From the NCBI GenBank assembly GCA_034505795.1, contig JAPDQM010000007.1:1590-65589 (forward strand): a stretch of DNA of 64,000 nucleotides, given 5' to 3'. Within the stretch, counting starts at the first letter, position 1. The number at the start of each line of letters is the position of its first letter. The notes under the pieces were generated by a model. It was given only the letters and a program-made list of their open reading frames with translations, had not been told where the DNA came from and ran no database searches. A program made the translations under genes and the position numbers. The stretch comes from Candidatus Zhuqueibacterota bacterium. GTDB taxonomy: Bacteria; Zhuqueibacterota; Zhuqueibacteria; Thermofontimicrobiales; Thermofontimicrobiaceae. This document shows, in pieces, positions 29,982 to 39,937 of the stretch.

Positions 29982-32711
29982 ATGCAAAATGACACCCGTC
30001 TTAATCGAATCATTGCAGCAATTGTCTTTCTTATTTCATGGCTGGTTTATTTGCGGACCGTCGCTCCAACCACGTCCTTCTGGGACTGCGGTGAATTCAT
30101 CACCTGCTCCTACATTCTTGGCGTACCACACCCGCCAGGTGCGCCGCTCTATATCCTGGTCGGCCGTATCTTTAGCATGATTCCTTTTGTACAGGACATT
30201 GGGATGAGAGTGAATATAGTATCCACTATCGCCAGTGCCATAACGGTGATGCTGGCTTATTTGATCATCGTCAGGTTGATTACAATGTTTCGTGGTCGAC
30301 CGCAGCAAAACCTGGATCGGCTGATAGTATATGGCAGCGGGGTTATCGGTGCGTTGACTTTCGCCTTTACCGATTCCTTCTGGTTCAATGCCGTGGAAGC
30401 GGAAGTGTATGCCATCAGCATGTTTTTCACCTCATTGGTGCTATGGCTTATTCTGGTCTGGTATGAGAAAGCCGATGATCCAAATAGTGATAAGTACATT
30501 TTACTGATCGCGTTTTCCCTGGGATTGGCCATCGGCGTCCACCTGCTGATGATTCTGGCGATGCCCGCATTGTTCCTGATCGTCTATTTTCGAAAATATC
30601 AAAAAATCGAATGGAAGAATTTTTGGATGTTCGTGGGCTTATCATTCCTTGCGTTCGTGGCACTCTACCCCGGTATTGTGAAGTGGTTACCGAATTTGTC
30701 ATTATGGATGACACGAAAAACTGGTGCTGAATTCACAACATTCTTCTTCCTGGTATTCATTGGCGCATTGCTATACGGAGTCTATTATACCTATCGGACA
30801 AAGAAGCGGCTGGCGTTTCTTATTTGTGCCTCGTTCTTCCTGGTTCTATTGGCATCCTCAACCTACACCTCATTGTACATTCGTTCCGGGCTCAATCCCG
30901 ATATTGATGAAAACGATCCCGAAAATCTCGAAAATTTGGTTAGCTATTTGAATCGAGAGCAGTACGGCGACTGGAGTTATGTCGATCGCCGTGCGCCACT
31001 GTGGGACTACCAGATTGAAAAAATGTACCTGCGTTATTTTGGCTGGCAATTTATTGGCCAGGGCCAAACTCTGGATGATGAAGGCCGAATTGTCGAGAAT
31101 TATAGCCTTAATGGTTTGTTGGGGTTGCCATTCCTGGTGGGCTTGATCGGCATGGCGTTTCATTTTCGTAAAGATTGGAAAAATGCCTCGGCAATTATGC
31201 TTCTGTTCTTATTTACGGGAATTGCAATTGTGCTGTATTTGAATCAGGAAGATCCCCAGCCCCGTGAGCGAGATTATGTCTATGTCGGCTCATTCTTTGC
31301 TTTCGCACTGTGGATCGGAATTGGCATCACCGCGATCATCGACTATTTGCGTAAGTTGTCGAGCAAGTTTCCTGACTGGCAAAAATTGGCAATCATTGGG
31401 ATCGCCATGTTATTGCTCGCATTTATTCTGCCAGCAAATATGTTGGCCCATAATTTTAAATCGCATGATCGTACCGGCGAATATGTGGCTTACGACTATT
31501 CCTATAACATTCTGCAAAGTTGTGAGCCCAATGCGATTCTCTTTACCAATGGCGACAACGACACCTTCCCACTCTGGTTTCTGCAATATGTCTATGGCAT
31601 CCGGAAGGATGTTCGGGTGGTTAATTTGAGCCTTTTAAATACGCATTGGTATATCAAGCAATTGCGCGATCAGGAACCGCGCGTGCCCATCAGTTTGAGC
31701 GATGCTCAAATCATGAGCCTGCAGCCGCAGTATTGGCCTGAACCGCGGCCGATCCGCTTGGAAGTACCGCAAGACGCCTATCTCCGTGACCGCTCGGAAG
31801 TGTTGGGCGCCAAGCAAACTCTGCTGGCCGACACCAGCAAGCCACCTGAAATCACCTTCAAGTTGGAACCAACCCTCTATGGCAAAGGTATTCGGGTCCA
31901 GGATCTGATGATCCTGGATATCCTAAGGACTAATCGTTTCCGACGTCCGATATATTTTGCTTTAACCGTTTCGCGTGACAATCAGATCAATCTTTATGAT
32001 TATCTGCGGATGGATGGTCTGGTCTTTAAAATCGTTACCTATCCCACAAAAGATCTGCCCCTCTCCCCTACTCATCTGAAAGCGAATTTATTTGACAGAT
32101 TCCAGTATCGGAACTTAAATAATCCCGACGTCTATTACAACGAGAATATCAAGGGGCTGCTGCGCAACTATCAAGGAGCATTTTACAGCCTGGCGCAATT
32201 CTACGGCCGAGAACGGATGTTCGATAAAATGACTTCGGTGCTGGACAAGTTGACCACGGTTATGCCCGATTCGATTATTCCCATGCGCAAGGAATTACAG
32301 TTCGAGATGGGACGGTTGTATTATATCGGCGGTCAACAGGATAAATTTAAGGACATTCTTTATAAAATGATGAAGCGCGGCGATGTTTCTCTCGATGAAA
32401 AATTGCAATATGCCAGCTACTATGCCCAGCTTTATCCCACTGAGGCTTCTAAAGCGGTAGATCTGGTCAAACAGCTCCAGGACTGGTTTCCCAAAAATGC
32501 CGAGCCAACCTACTGGCTGGCCAGTCACTATTTGCGCACGCGAGAATATCAAAGCAGCATCGATGTGCTGAATCAATGGATCGCCAAAAACCCAGGTGAC
32601 AAAAATGCAGCGGATCAATTGCGGTCATTGCATCAGCTTATCGAGCAATCAAAACGAGCCGATTCGACGGCCAATCAGATCCGAAGTGATAGCGTGACAA
32701 CAGTAGAATGA
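29982..32711 (+). CDS. DUF2723/TMEM260-like polytopic GT-C-fold glycosyltransferase with C-terminal TPR region (paralog A)
   Basis: N-terminal LRTVAPTTSFWDCGEFITCSYILGVPHPPGAPLYILVGRIF matches the DUF2723 signature (acidic DxGE motif in the first extracytoplasmic loop, as in PMT/ArnT/TMEM260). About 11+ TM helices, then a TPR-like helical tail. 909 aa. Confidence 0.65.
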   Translation: MQNDTRLNRIIAAIVFLISWLVYLRTVAPTTSFWDCGEFITCSYILGVPHPPGAPLYILVGRIFSMIPFVQDIGMRVNIVSTIASAITVMLAYLIIVRLITMFRGRPQQNLDRLIVYGSGVIGALTFAFTDSFWFNAVEAEVYAISMFFTSLVLWLILVWYEKADDPNSDKYILLIAFSLGLAIGVHLLMILAMPALFLIVYFRKYQKIEWKNFWMFVGLSFLAFVALYPGIVKWLPNLSLWMTRKTGAEFTTFFFLVFIGALLYGVYYTYRTKKRLAFLICASFFLVLLASSTYTSLYIRSGLNPDIDENDPENLENLVSYLNREQYGDWSYVDRRAPLWDYQIEKMYLRYFGWQFIGQGQTLDDEGRIVENYSLNGLLGLPFLVGLIGMAFHFRKDWKNASAIMLLFLFTGIAIVLYLNQEDPQPRERDYVYVGSFFAFALWIGIGITAIIDYLRKLSSKFPDWQKLAIIGIAMLLLAFILPANMLAHNFKSHDRTGEYVAYDYSYNILQSCEPNAILFTNGDNDTFPLWFLQYVYGIRKDVRVVNLSLLNTHWYIKQLRDQEPRVPISLSDAQIMSLQPQYWPEPRPIRLEVPQDAYLRDRSEVLGAKQTLLADTSKPPEITFKLEPTLYGKGIRVQDLMILDILRTNRFRRPIYFALTVSRDNQINLYDYLRMDGLVFKIVTYPTKDLPLSPTHLKANLFDRFQYRNLNNPDVYYNENIKGLLRNYQGAFYSLAQFYGRERMFDKMTSVLDKLTTVMPDSIIPMRKELQFEMGRLYYIGGQQDKFKDILYKMMKRGDVSLDEKLQYASYYAQLYPTEASKAVDLVKQLQDWFPKNAEPTYWLASHYLRTREYQSSIDVLNQWIAKNPGDKNAADQLRSLHQLIEQSKRADSTANQIRSDSVTTVE

Positions 32712-32728
32712 AAGTGCGAGGCCTAAAA

Positions 32729-35410
32729 ATGGATCGAGAACTGTTCATTCATCGGTTGGGTGCAGCACTGGTGTTTATTTTCTCTTTGATTGTTTATAGC
32801 CTCACCATTGCTCCAACGACGTCATTTTGGGACTGCGGAGAATTCATTACCTGTGCATATATTTTGGGCGTTCCCCATCCGCCCGGGGCACCATTTTATC
32901 TGCTGCTGGGGCGAATCTTTTCCATGATCCCCTGGGCAGCAGATATTGGCTTGCGCGTTAACCTCATTTCCGCGATTGCCACCGCACTTACCGTGATGCT
33001 GACATATCTAATTATTGTCCGATTGATTAAGCTATGGCGTGGTCAGATTCGATCGGGCTCCGACCGATTGATTCATTATGGCAGCGCTATTATCGGCGCG
33101 CTGGCCTTTGCCTTTTCCGATTCCCTGTGGTTCAATGCCGTCGAGGCTGAAGTTTATGCCATCAGCATGTTTTTCACCGCGATTGTGCTCTGGCTAATTT
33201 TGGTCTGGCATGAAAAAGCCGATGATCCTCATAGTGATAAATATTTATTCCTCATCGCCTATTCCATCGGTTTGGCCATCGGTATTCATCTATTGAACAT
33301 CCTGGCACTGCCAGCAATATTTTTGATCTATTACTTCCGGCGTTATCAATTTCGCTGGTCGTCCTTTGCGGCGCTGATCGGAATCGGCTTGTTAATTTTT
33401 ATCGGGATCTATCCGGGCATTGTAAAGTGGCTGCCCAATTCAGCCCTTAATATGCAGCGACAATTTGGGCCGGAGCTGACCGCTGCCTTCTTTATTGCTA
33501 TGGCGGTAATGCTATGCCTGGTCCTCTGGTGGGCCTGGTTGCGCCGCCATCGTTCTGCTTTGGTGGTCGGGGTTTGCTTGCTCTTAATTTTGATCGGGGC
33601 ATCAACTTTTACCAGCGTTTACTTGCGCTCGCAGTTAAATCCAGCGATCGATGAAAATGATCCAGAAAATCTGGCAAACCTCGTCAGCTATATCAATCGT
33701 GAGCAATATGGCGATTGGAGTATCACCGAACGGCGAGCGCCTCTCTGGGAGTACCAGATCAAGAAAATGTATCTGCGCTATCTGGGTTGGCAGTACATCG
33801 GCAAAGGTACTACGATTGGCCCCGACGGATTCTTAGCTGAAACCATCAGCTTGAGCGGCCTGCTGGGGATTCCCTTTTTGATCGGCCTGCTGGGAATGGT
33901 ACATCATTTTTTCAAAGACTATCGACGCTCTCTGGCAATAATGGTCTTCTTCATCATGACTGGCGTGGCGATTGTCATTTATCTCAACCAAACGGACCCT
34001 CAACCACGGGAGCGCGACTATGTCTATGTGGCGTCTTTCTTTGCTTTTGCAATCTGGATTGGTATTGGGGTCGCCAGCGTGCTGGAATCGCTACTTGACG
34101 GCCATCAGGCGACCAGCCGTAGACAGAAGATAATGGCCATCGGTCTCTGGTTGGTGTTATTCATTTTCATTCCGCTGCGGATGTTGGCGTTCAACTATCA
34201 CTCGCACGATCGCAGCGGCAACTATGTTGCGTATGATTATTCCTACAACCTGCTGCAATCATGTGAGAAGGATGCAATTTTATTTACAAATGGCGACAAC
34301 GATACCTTTCCGCTCTGGTTTTTGCAGTATGTTGAAAATATCCGACCGGATATTCGGGTGGTAAACTTGAGCTTACTCAATACGCCCTGGTATATCAAGC
34401 AGCTTCGAGATCAGCCGCCACGGGTGCCCATCAGCCTGGTAGATGCTCAGATCGACCGCCTGAGTACTACCTATTGGCCGGAGAAAAAGCCAGTGTCAAT
34501 TGATGTGCCGCTGGAAGCTTATCAAAAGGCGCTCGATGATCTTGAACAACGGCAGGAGTTTGTTCCCAAAACCAGCACTGGTTCCCCTAAGATTAGCTTT
34601 GAACTGGGGCCAACTTTTATGGGCCAGGCAATACGGATTCAGGATATCATGATTTTGAATATCATTGCTGCCAATCGCTTCCGACAACCGATCTATTTTG
34701 CTGTCACGGTATCACCGGATAATTTGCTAAACCTGCATGACTATTTGCGCATGGATGGCCTGGCTTACAAGTTGGTGACATATCTGGGCGACAAAATCTC
34801 ACCTTCACGTCTGAGAGAAAACCTATTTGAAAAATTTCGCTATCGCAATCTCAACAATCCAAAGATCTACTACGATGATAATATCATTGGTCTCTTAATC
34901 AATTATCGCTCCGGATTTTTGCGGCTGGCGAATTTCTATCGGCAAGAAAAAATGACCGCTGAGATGCTGGCTACGCTGGACAGGATGGAGCAAATGATCC
35001 CTGAGAATGTCATTCCTATTCAGGATCGTCGCCTATCTTTAGGTATTGGTCAGTTGTATCTGGAAGCCGGCCGGCCCGAAGAATTCGCACGGCGGCTCGA
35101 GCTGTGGCTGCAAAAGCCTGGAATTTCCCTGGAGGAACGGCTCGAATTTGCACAGGTCTATTATCAAATGTTAGCTGATGCACCACGATCCGAAGCGATA
35201 GCCCGAACCATCATTCAAGAGGCGCCGCAGTTTCTGCGCGCCTACTATTGGCTGCTCAATTTATATGCCGAAACCCAGGCCTATCAGAAGGGACTGCAGC
35301 TTGCCGATGAGCTGCTGCAACGCCAACCTAATGATGTGCAGGCCCTGGCACGACGTCAGCAATTTCAACAGAAGCTGCAATTGCTGCCGGATTCGTCGAA
35401 AAGCAAGTAA
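32729..35410 (+). CDS. DUF2723/TMEM260-like polytopic GT-C-fold glycosyltransferase with C-terminal TPR region (paralog B)
   Basis: Collinear paralog of the previous gene (same SFWDCGEFITCAYILGVPHPPGAPFYLLLGRIFSMIP, NGDNDTFPLWFLQYV, VVNLSLLNT.WYIKQLRDQ.PRVPISL blocks). Start set at MDREL, which aligns with the paralog A N-terminus. The longer ORF from 32708 would overlap gene A by 4 nt. Confidence 0.65.
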   Translation: MDRELFIHRLGAALVFIFSLIVYSLTIAPTTSFWDCGEFITCAYILGVPHPPGAPFYLLLGRIFSMIPWAADIGLRVNLISAIATALTVMLTYLIIVRLIKLWRGQIRSGSDRLIHYGSAIIGALAFAFSDSLWFNAVEAEVYAISMFFTAIVLWLILVWHEKADDPHSDKYLFLIAYSIGLAIGIHLLNILALPAIFLIYYFRRYQFRWSSFAALIGIGLLIFIGIYPGIVKWLPNSALNMQRQFGPELTAAFFIAMAVMLCLVLWWAWLRRHRSALVVGVCLLLILIGASTFTSVYLRSQLNPAIDENDPENLANLVSYINREQYGDWSITERRAPLWEYQIKKMYLRYLGWQYIGKGTTIGPDGFLAETISLSGLLGIPFLIGLLGMVHHFFKDYRRSLAIMVFFIMTGVAIVIYLNQTDPQPRERDYVYVASFFAFAIWIGIGVASVLESLLDGHQATSRRQKIMAIGLWLVLFIFIPLRMLAFNYHSHDRSGNYVAYDYSYNLLQSCEKDAILFTNGDNDTFPLWFLQYVENIRPDIRVVNLSLLNTPWYIKQLRDQPPRVPISLVDAQIDRLSTTYWPEKKPVSIDVPLEAYQKALDDLEQRQEFVPKTSTGSPKISFELGPTFMGQAIRIQDIMILNIIAANRFRQPIYFAVTVSPDNLLNLHDYLRMDGLAYKLVTYLGDKISPSRLRENLFEKFRYRNLNNPKIYYDDNIIGLLINYRSGFLRLANFYRQEKMTAEMLATLDRMEQMIPENVIPIQDRRLSLGIGQLYLEAGRPEEFARRLELWLQKPGISLEERLEFAQVYYQMLADAPRSEAIARTIIQEAPQFLRAYYWLLNLYAETQAYQKGLQLADELLQRQPNDVQALARRQQFQQKLQLLPDSSKSK

Positions 35411-35468
35411 TTAGCCGGGACCTTTTATTGGGGTGAATTGACAAAGGCACTATTTAACGAGGTATGAT

Positions 35469-36422
35469 TTGTTTCGTAGAATTGGAATTCCAATATTAAA
35501 AATAGGCATTAGTTCATTTTTAATCGGGTGGTTGCTTGTCCGATTAGGCCCACGAGATATTTTTGATCGCTTTCTATCCGCCAATATCTGGTGGATTCTT
35601 TTAGCCATCATCGTGTTTAGTTTGAGCAATATTTTTGGTGCTCTGCAGTGGCAACTTTTAATGAAAACCAAATCCATTCATTTGCCCTGGAGCCATGTGC
35701 TTGCTTATTATTATGTGGGGCTATTCTTCAACAATTTTCTTATCGGCAATGTCGGCGGAGATGCGATTCGGGTATACGATATTGCCAGATTGTCTGGGGA
35801 TCTCCCCCATGCGATCTCCACTGTTTTTTTTGATCGATTGATTGGCTTTTTTGTAATGACAACGCTGGCCTTGCTATCTGGTTTGTTCTGGCACAATATT
35901 TTTCAATCCAATTCGCTGGAGACAATTACCATCATCATTTTCTTATTGTGGGTGGTATCATTTGTATTTCTGTTCAATGAAAATCTCGCCAGTCGAATTG
36001 GGTGGCTCTTTCGATTTATGCTCACGCCCAAAATGAACCATAAACTCAGAGCCGTGTATCAGAGCATCAATGCTTTTAAACATGAACGACGCATGTTGCT
36101 CACCATTGGCCTCATTTCGCTCTTGGTGCAATCGTTGCGGGTGCTGGTTCACTATTATGCCGCATTATCAGTTGGCGTGCAACTGCATCTTAAATATTTT
36201 ATCATATTCATTCCTGTTGTGGCGCTGCTCTCAAGCCTGCCCATTTCGATTGGCGGCATTGGCATTCGGGAAGGTAGCGCCGTCGCAATGTTTTCGCAGG
36301 TGAATTCCCTGCCGCCAGAATCCATTGTCGCGTTTGAATTTTTAGCCTATCTGATTGGCTTAATCGCCACTATCCCTGGCGGTATATTTTTCATATTGCG
36401 CCGGGAAAAATTCGATGCTTAA
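35469..36422 (+). CDS. flippase-like / LPG-synthase-TM-domain (UPF0104) membrane protein
   Basis: TTG start. Polytopic. FFNNFLIGNVGGDAIRVYDI motif typical of the PF03706 'flippase-like domain'. Confidence 0.55.
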   Translation: MFRRIGIPILKIGISSFLIGWLLVRLGPRDIFDRFLSANIWWILLAIIVFSLSNIFGALQWQLLMKTKSIHLPWSHVLAYYYVGLFFNNFLIGNVGGDAIRVYDIARLSGDLPHAISTVFFDRLIGFFVMTTLALLSGLFWHNIFQSNSLETITIIIFLLWVVSFVFLFNENLASRIGWLFRFMLTPKMNHKLRAVYQSINAFKHERRMLLTIGLISLLVQSLRVLVHYYAALSVGVQLHLKYFIIFIPVVALLSSLPISIGGIGIREGSAVAMFSQVNSLPPESIVAFEFLAYLIGLIATIPGGIFFILRREKFDA

Positions 36423-36571
36423 CCTTGTGCTGCTTTAAAACAACAGGGCTATTTTGCGTAGTTCCCGGTTGATGGAAACCATATTACCAGGCGGTCGTGC
36501 CGTAATTGCCACAGCATCCGATTCTGGCAATTCGAGGTAGTAGCCTAATCTAGTTTCAGGAGGAGGAAATT

Positions 36572-37603
36572 ATGAAAAGATCCATTGTTACTTGCATATT
36601 GCTTTCATCATTAATATCGTTGGTGCTCGTTTTCAACGGCTGTTTGCGAAGCAAAACGCCTTTGGGGTTGGACAGCGAAATCCGCGTGGTAGCCGATTCC
36701 ACCATCTGGCAACAGGCTGAACCTACTTTGCGAGAGATTTTTGAAAAAACCGAAAATATGCCGCAACCAGAAAAATTGTACCTGCTAATTCCCGAGGAAC
36801 CTAACAAAGCGAAACGGTTCAAAAATATCATTTTCATCGCCACGCTGGAGGCAACCGACAAGTTATCAGCGACAATCGTATCCGGACTTTCTGACCAGGC
36901 TCGAAGCCGTGTGCAGCAAGGTTCCATCCTTTTTGTCAAAAGGGATGAATGGGTAAAAGGACAGCTTCTCCTTTTCCTCATCGGCCGTGATATGCCAACT
37001 TTGCTCTCCCAGATGGATGCCATGCGCTCCGAAATATTCTTCCAGATTGATGATTATTGGAATCAATTTCATAAGAACATCCTTTACCGAACCCGCGAAC
37101 AGGTCGATGTCGAAAAACAGTTGCTAAAGAATTATGGCTGGACAATCCGTGTCCCAATTGATTTCCAACTGGACGTGCAATCGGCCAAGGATCGATTTGT
37201 CATGTTTCGCCGAACCATCCCGTATCGCTGGTTTTCAGTTTTCTGGATCGACGCCACCGATCCCAGCATTATCACCAAAGAGTGGTGCATCGCTAAGCGC
37301 AATGAGATTGGCAAGCTGTTTTTTGAAAATGAAGTAGTCGAAGAAACCTATGAGCCGGTGATCGCGGAAGAAACCATCTTTCTGAATCGTCGCGCACTAC
37401 GGCTAAAGGGACTATGGAAGGATGATGCTAAGGTGGCAGGCGGACCATTTCGCCTGTACTGCTTTTTTGATCGGCCAACGGAACGCATCTATTTCATTGA
37501 CATGCACATTTTTGCGCCCAATGTCCAGCGGAATAAATTGCATTACTTCCGACAGATGGAGATCATTGCCAACACATTTCGCACAACATTGGATCCGCAG
37601 TAA
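36572..37603 (+). CDS. lipoprotein of unknown function (DUF4837-like)
   Basis: Excellent SD CAGGAGGAGGAAATT. Signal plus lipobox LVLVFNGC. No catalytic motifs. Confidence 0.45.
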   Translation: MKRSIVTCILLSSLISLVLVFNGCLRSKTPLGLDSEIRVVADSTIWQQAEPTLREIFEKTENMPQPEKLYLLIPEEPNKAKRFKNIIFIATLEATDKLSATIVSGLSDQARSRVQQGSILFVKRDEWVKGQLLLFLIGRDMPTLLSQMDAMRSEIFFQIDDYWNQFHKNILYRTREQVDVEKQLLKNYGWTIRVPIDFQLDVQSAKDRFVMFRRTIPYRWFSVFWIDATDPSIITKEWCIAKRNEIGKLFFENEVVEETYEPVIAEETIFLNRRALRLKGLWKDDAKVAGGPFRLYCFFDRPTERIYFIDMHIFAPNVQRNKLHYFRQMEIIANTFRTTLDPQ

Positions 37604-37895
37604 TTCTAGAAAACTATTTCGCCTGCTGCGTGCGTTCTCCTGGGGGCTATTTCGTGGCTAATAAATGATTCAAATTTGGGCTGCGTACGCGGCGCAAATA
37701 TTAATAGGCTATTTCACACTTGGCTTGCTATCGGAGGCTGTAACGGAGAGGGAGAGAATCTATTATACCAGAGCCTTAAATCGCCAGTTTATTTAGCAAG
37801 ATTTATAAGGCAGGGTCACTTGGAGGAAAAAATGCAAAAAGATACCAGGCGTATTCTTCAAGCTGTCAAATTTTTTCTGCTTCCCGACCCTTTCA

Positions 37896-39143
37896 CTACC
37901 CCTCAGCAATGCTTTTCGGAAAAGCGGCCTGTTTTAGCCGCATTAGCTTTTCTTCCTCCTCAGCGATTGTGTGGCGTGGCTCTTTTGATGTCAGATCCGC
38001 TAATTCAGTTAAATACAGAAATCCGCCCATATAGAGTTTCCCCGGCCCATAAACTGGAGCAAAGCGAATTTGCACCAACTGCTGGTGCACCAGGGTCTTG
38101 AATGCGATGGAGTTGAACCGCGCTCGGGCATTTAAAGTAGATAGCACTTCGGTCAACCAATGAACGCCATCACCGAGGGGCAAATCGAATACGGTTAATC
38201 CCACCACCTTCTCTTTGGGCATTCCCAGGATAATTTCTGCAGTCTGATTCAAAAAGATGATCCGATTTTCGGTATTGCAGAAAATTAAACCATCCGACAG
38301 GCCACTCAACATTAGATCGAGCAAACTTCGATCAAACAATGATGGCATTTCCGCTTTGTGTGGTTTCACTGGCGTCTGAAAATTGATCATCACCTGGTCG
38401 ATCTGGTTGCTATCGTTAAAAATCGGTAGCGCCTGAATTTTTATTTCGCTACCCAATTCTGCCGATTGCTTTCGACAGAGGCAAGGTCCATAATACGAAC
38501 TTTTGCATTGCTGCACCTTTCGTAGTGGACAGACGCCATCAGCAATCTGGCATGGCTGCGCCAGAGCGCAGAGTTGTTCATAACATTTCTTGCCAACCGT
38601 CTGCGAACGTTGATATTGGAAGGAATCGAAAAACGCGTCATTGGCTTCGATGATTTCGAATTGATCGCTGATGATCAAGAGCGGATGAGGATTAATATTC
38701 ATTGCCGCCCAAAAATATTGCCAGGAGCGTTTGGGATCGGTCGCGATTGGAAGCTTGAAAGCGGATTTATTTCGTCGTGATTGCCAGACTTCGCTTTTCA
38801 ATAGTTCCACCAGAGCCGTGGCATAGCCAGCATCTTTAATTAACAAAAAATCATTGCGCGCCGATATGGCCATATTCAAGCGCCTGAATTCCAGACTGTC
38901 AGCAAGCACCACAATAGGTATAGCTTCGCTATGAAGGGCAATTTCCTGATAAGCAGCCATGCTGTCCGACTCCGAGCCAGTGGTATCCAATAGCAAGAAA
39001 TCATAGGAAGATAATTTGAATCGATGCCAGCAATCACGTACCGAGATGGCAAAGTCAACCTTCAATTGCGGCAATTTGACCTGCAAGGTATCTTGAAGGT
39101 CTTTGACTTCATGGTATCGAAAACCGATGAGAAGCAAATTCAT
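37896..39143 (-). CDS. atypical receiver (REC)-PAS-PAS signalling protein without output domain; Cys-rich PAS insert
   Basis: The N-terminal REC-like fold keeps a phospho-acceptor-position Asp (DFLLLDT) and Lys (LLIKD) but lacks the N-terminal acidic pair. Two PAS-like regions follow (ISDQFEIIEANDAFFDSF...; GLIFCNTENRIIFLNQTAEIILG). An 8-Cys cluster CYEQLCALAQPCQIADGVCPLRKVQQCKSSYYGPCLC sits inside. Confidence 0.55.
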   Translation of the reverse strand: MNLLLIGFRYHEVKDLQDTLQVKLPQLKVDFAISVRDCWHRFKLSSYDFLLLDTTGSESDSMAAYQEIALHSEAIPIVVLADSLEFRRLNMAISARNDFLLIKDAGYATALVELLKSEVWQSRRNKSAFKLPIATDPKRSWQYFWAAMNINPHPLLIISDQFEIIEANDAFFDSFQYQRSQTVGKKCYEQLCALAQPCQIADGVCPLRKVQQCKSSYYGPCLCRKQSAELGSEIKIQALPIFNDSNQIDQVMINFQTPVKPHKAEMPSLFDRSLLDLMLSGLSDGLIFCNTENRIIFLNQTAEIILGMPKEKVVGLTVFDLPLGDGVHWLTEVLSTLNARARFNSIAFKTLVHQQLVQIRFAPVYGPGKLYMGGFLYLTELADLTSKEPRHTIAEEEEKLMRLKQAAFPKSIAEG

Positions 39144-39328
39144 GGTCAGCCTGATGTAATGAATTCCAGTGTGATCTTATTCAGAACCGGAGTCCATCCA
39201 AAGCTGTCGTGCAAAGAGGAAGCATGGTATCCAGTCAGATATGAAAGCAATCGCCTGGCTCTGCGGCCAGAGATTTTAGCACGCTCAAGTGCGCTACAAT
39301 ATAGCAATCCAATTTCAAAATGTCAAGC

Positions 39329-39904
39329 TTATGTCAAAAATTTAATTGTGGCCGGATCACTGTGCAGCAGCGAAATGATCCATTCTACCAATTCTATGCG
39401 ATTCGAAGGATCAACGGCAACAATCATCGTATCCTCTCGGTCGCTCAAAAGCGCTCTGAACCAATCGGCCCGCTGCTGAAAAGCGCCAAGCACCCGCACT
39501 GGCGCATCCAAACAGCGACAAATCATCTGTTGAAATTGCTTCGCTTGCATTTCCATCATGCCGATTTCATCCATTACGATTAAATCGGAATCAGTGAGCG
39601 CGCGCTGCAGGATCGTTGCACCTAGATCGTCAAATTTTCTTGAATCGTAATGATAGATATCGAATTGAGCAGATGATTTCATCTCGGTATGGGCAAAGCA
39701 TTCTTCCAGACCATCGAAGGATTGCAGAACGAAGCCACACTTCTGTGCGCTTTCAAATACTGGCCGCGTCCGAAATCCACCGATATTCCAGCCTGTCATT
39801 CGCTGCAGTACTTGATTGATGATGGTTGATTTTCCGCTGTGCAAAGCCCCCGTTAAGAAAATATTTTTAGCATGTGGCTGCATAGTTGCTTTTATGATTT
39901 TCAT
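39329..39904 (-). CDS. THEP1-type nucleoside-triphosphatase (PF03266-like P-loop NTPase)
   Basis: Walker A LTGALHSGKST, followed by GGFRTRPV...GFVLQSFDG, Walker B LIVMDEIG. Start ambiguous (MKIIKAT at 39904, or MQPHAK at 39883, or the longer ORF to 39955). Confidence 0.6.
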   Translation of the reverse strand: MKIIKATMQPHAKNIFLTGALHSGKSTIINQVLQRMTGWNIGGFRTRPVFESAQKCGFVLQSFDGLEECFAHTEMKSSAQFDIYHYDSRKFDDLGATILQRALTDSDLIVMDEIGMMEMQAKQFQQMICRCLDAPVRVLGAFQQRADWFRALLSDREDTMIVAVDPSNRIELVEWIISLLHSDPATIKFLT

Positions 39905-39906
39905 AA

Positions 39907-39937
39907 AAAACCCCGGTCTCACAAGAAAACCGGGGTT
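39907..39937 (-). terminator. hairpin + U-tract on minus strand immediately 5' of the NTPase ORF (terminator or attenuator-like)
   Basis: Minus-strand reading AAACCCCGG-ttttcttgtgag-CCGGGGTTTTTTATG. A 9-10 bp stem and a T-run run straight into an ATG. Confidence 0.45.

Noticed and set aside
32708-32711. 4-bp ATGA overlap between the two DUF2723 paralogs (start at 32708)
   Set aside because: Alignment of the two paralog N-termini favours the downstream ATG at 32729 (MDREL...), which removes the overlap. The overlap start remains possible.
37676-38101. 141-aa plus-strand ORF
   Set aside because: It overlaps the 3' end of the REC-PAS gene on the opposite strand and has no SD or motifs.
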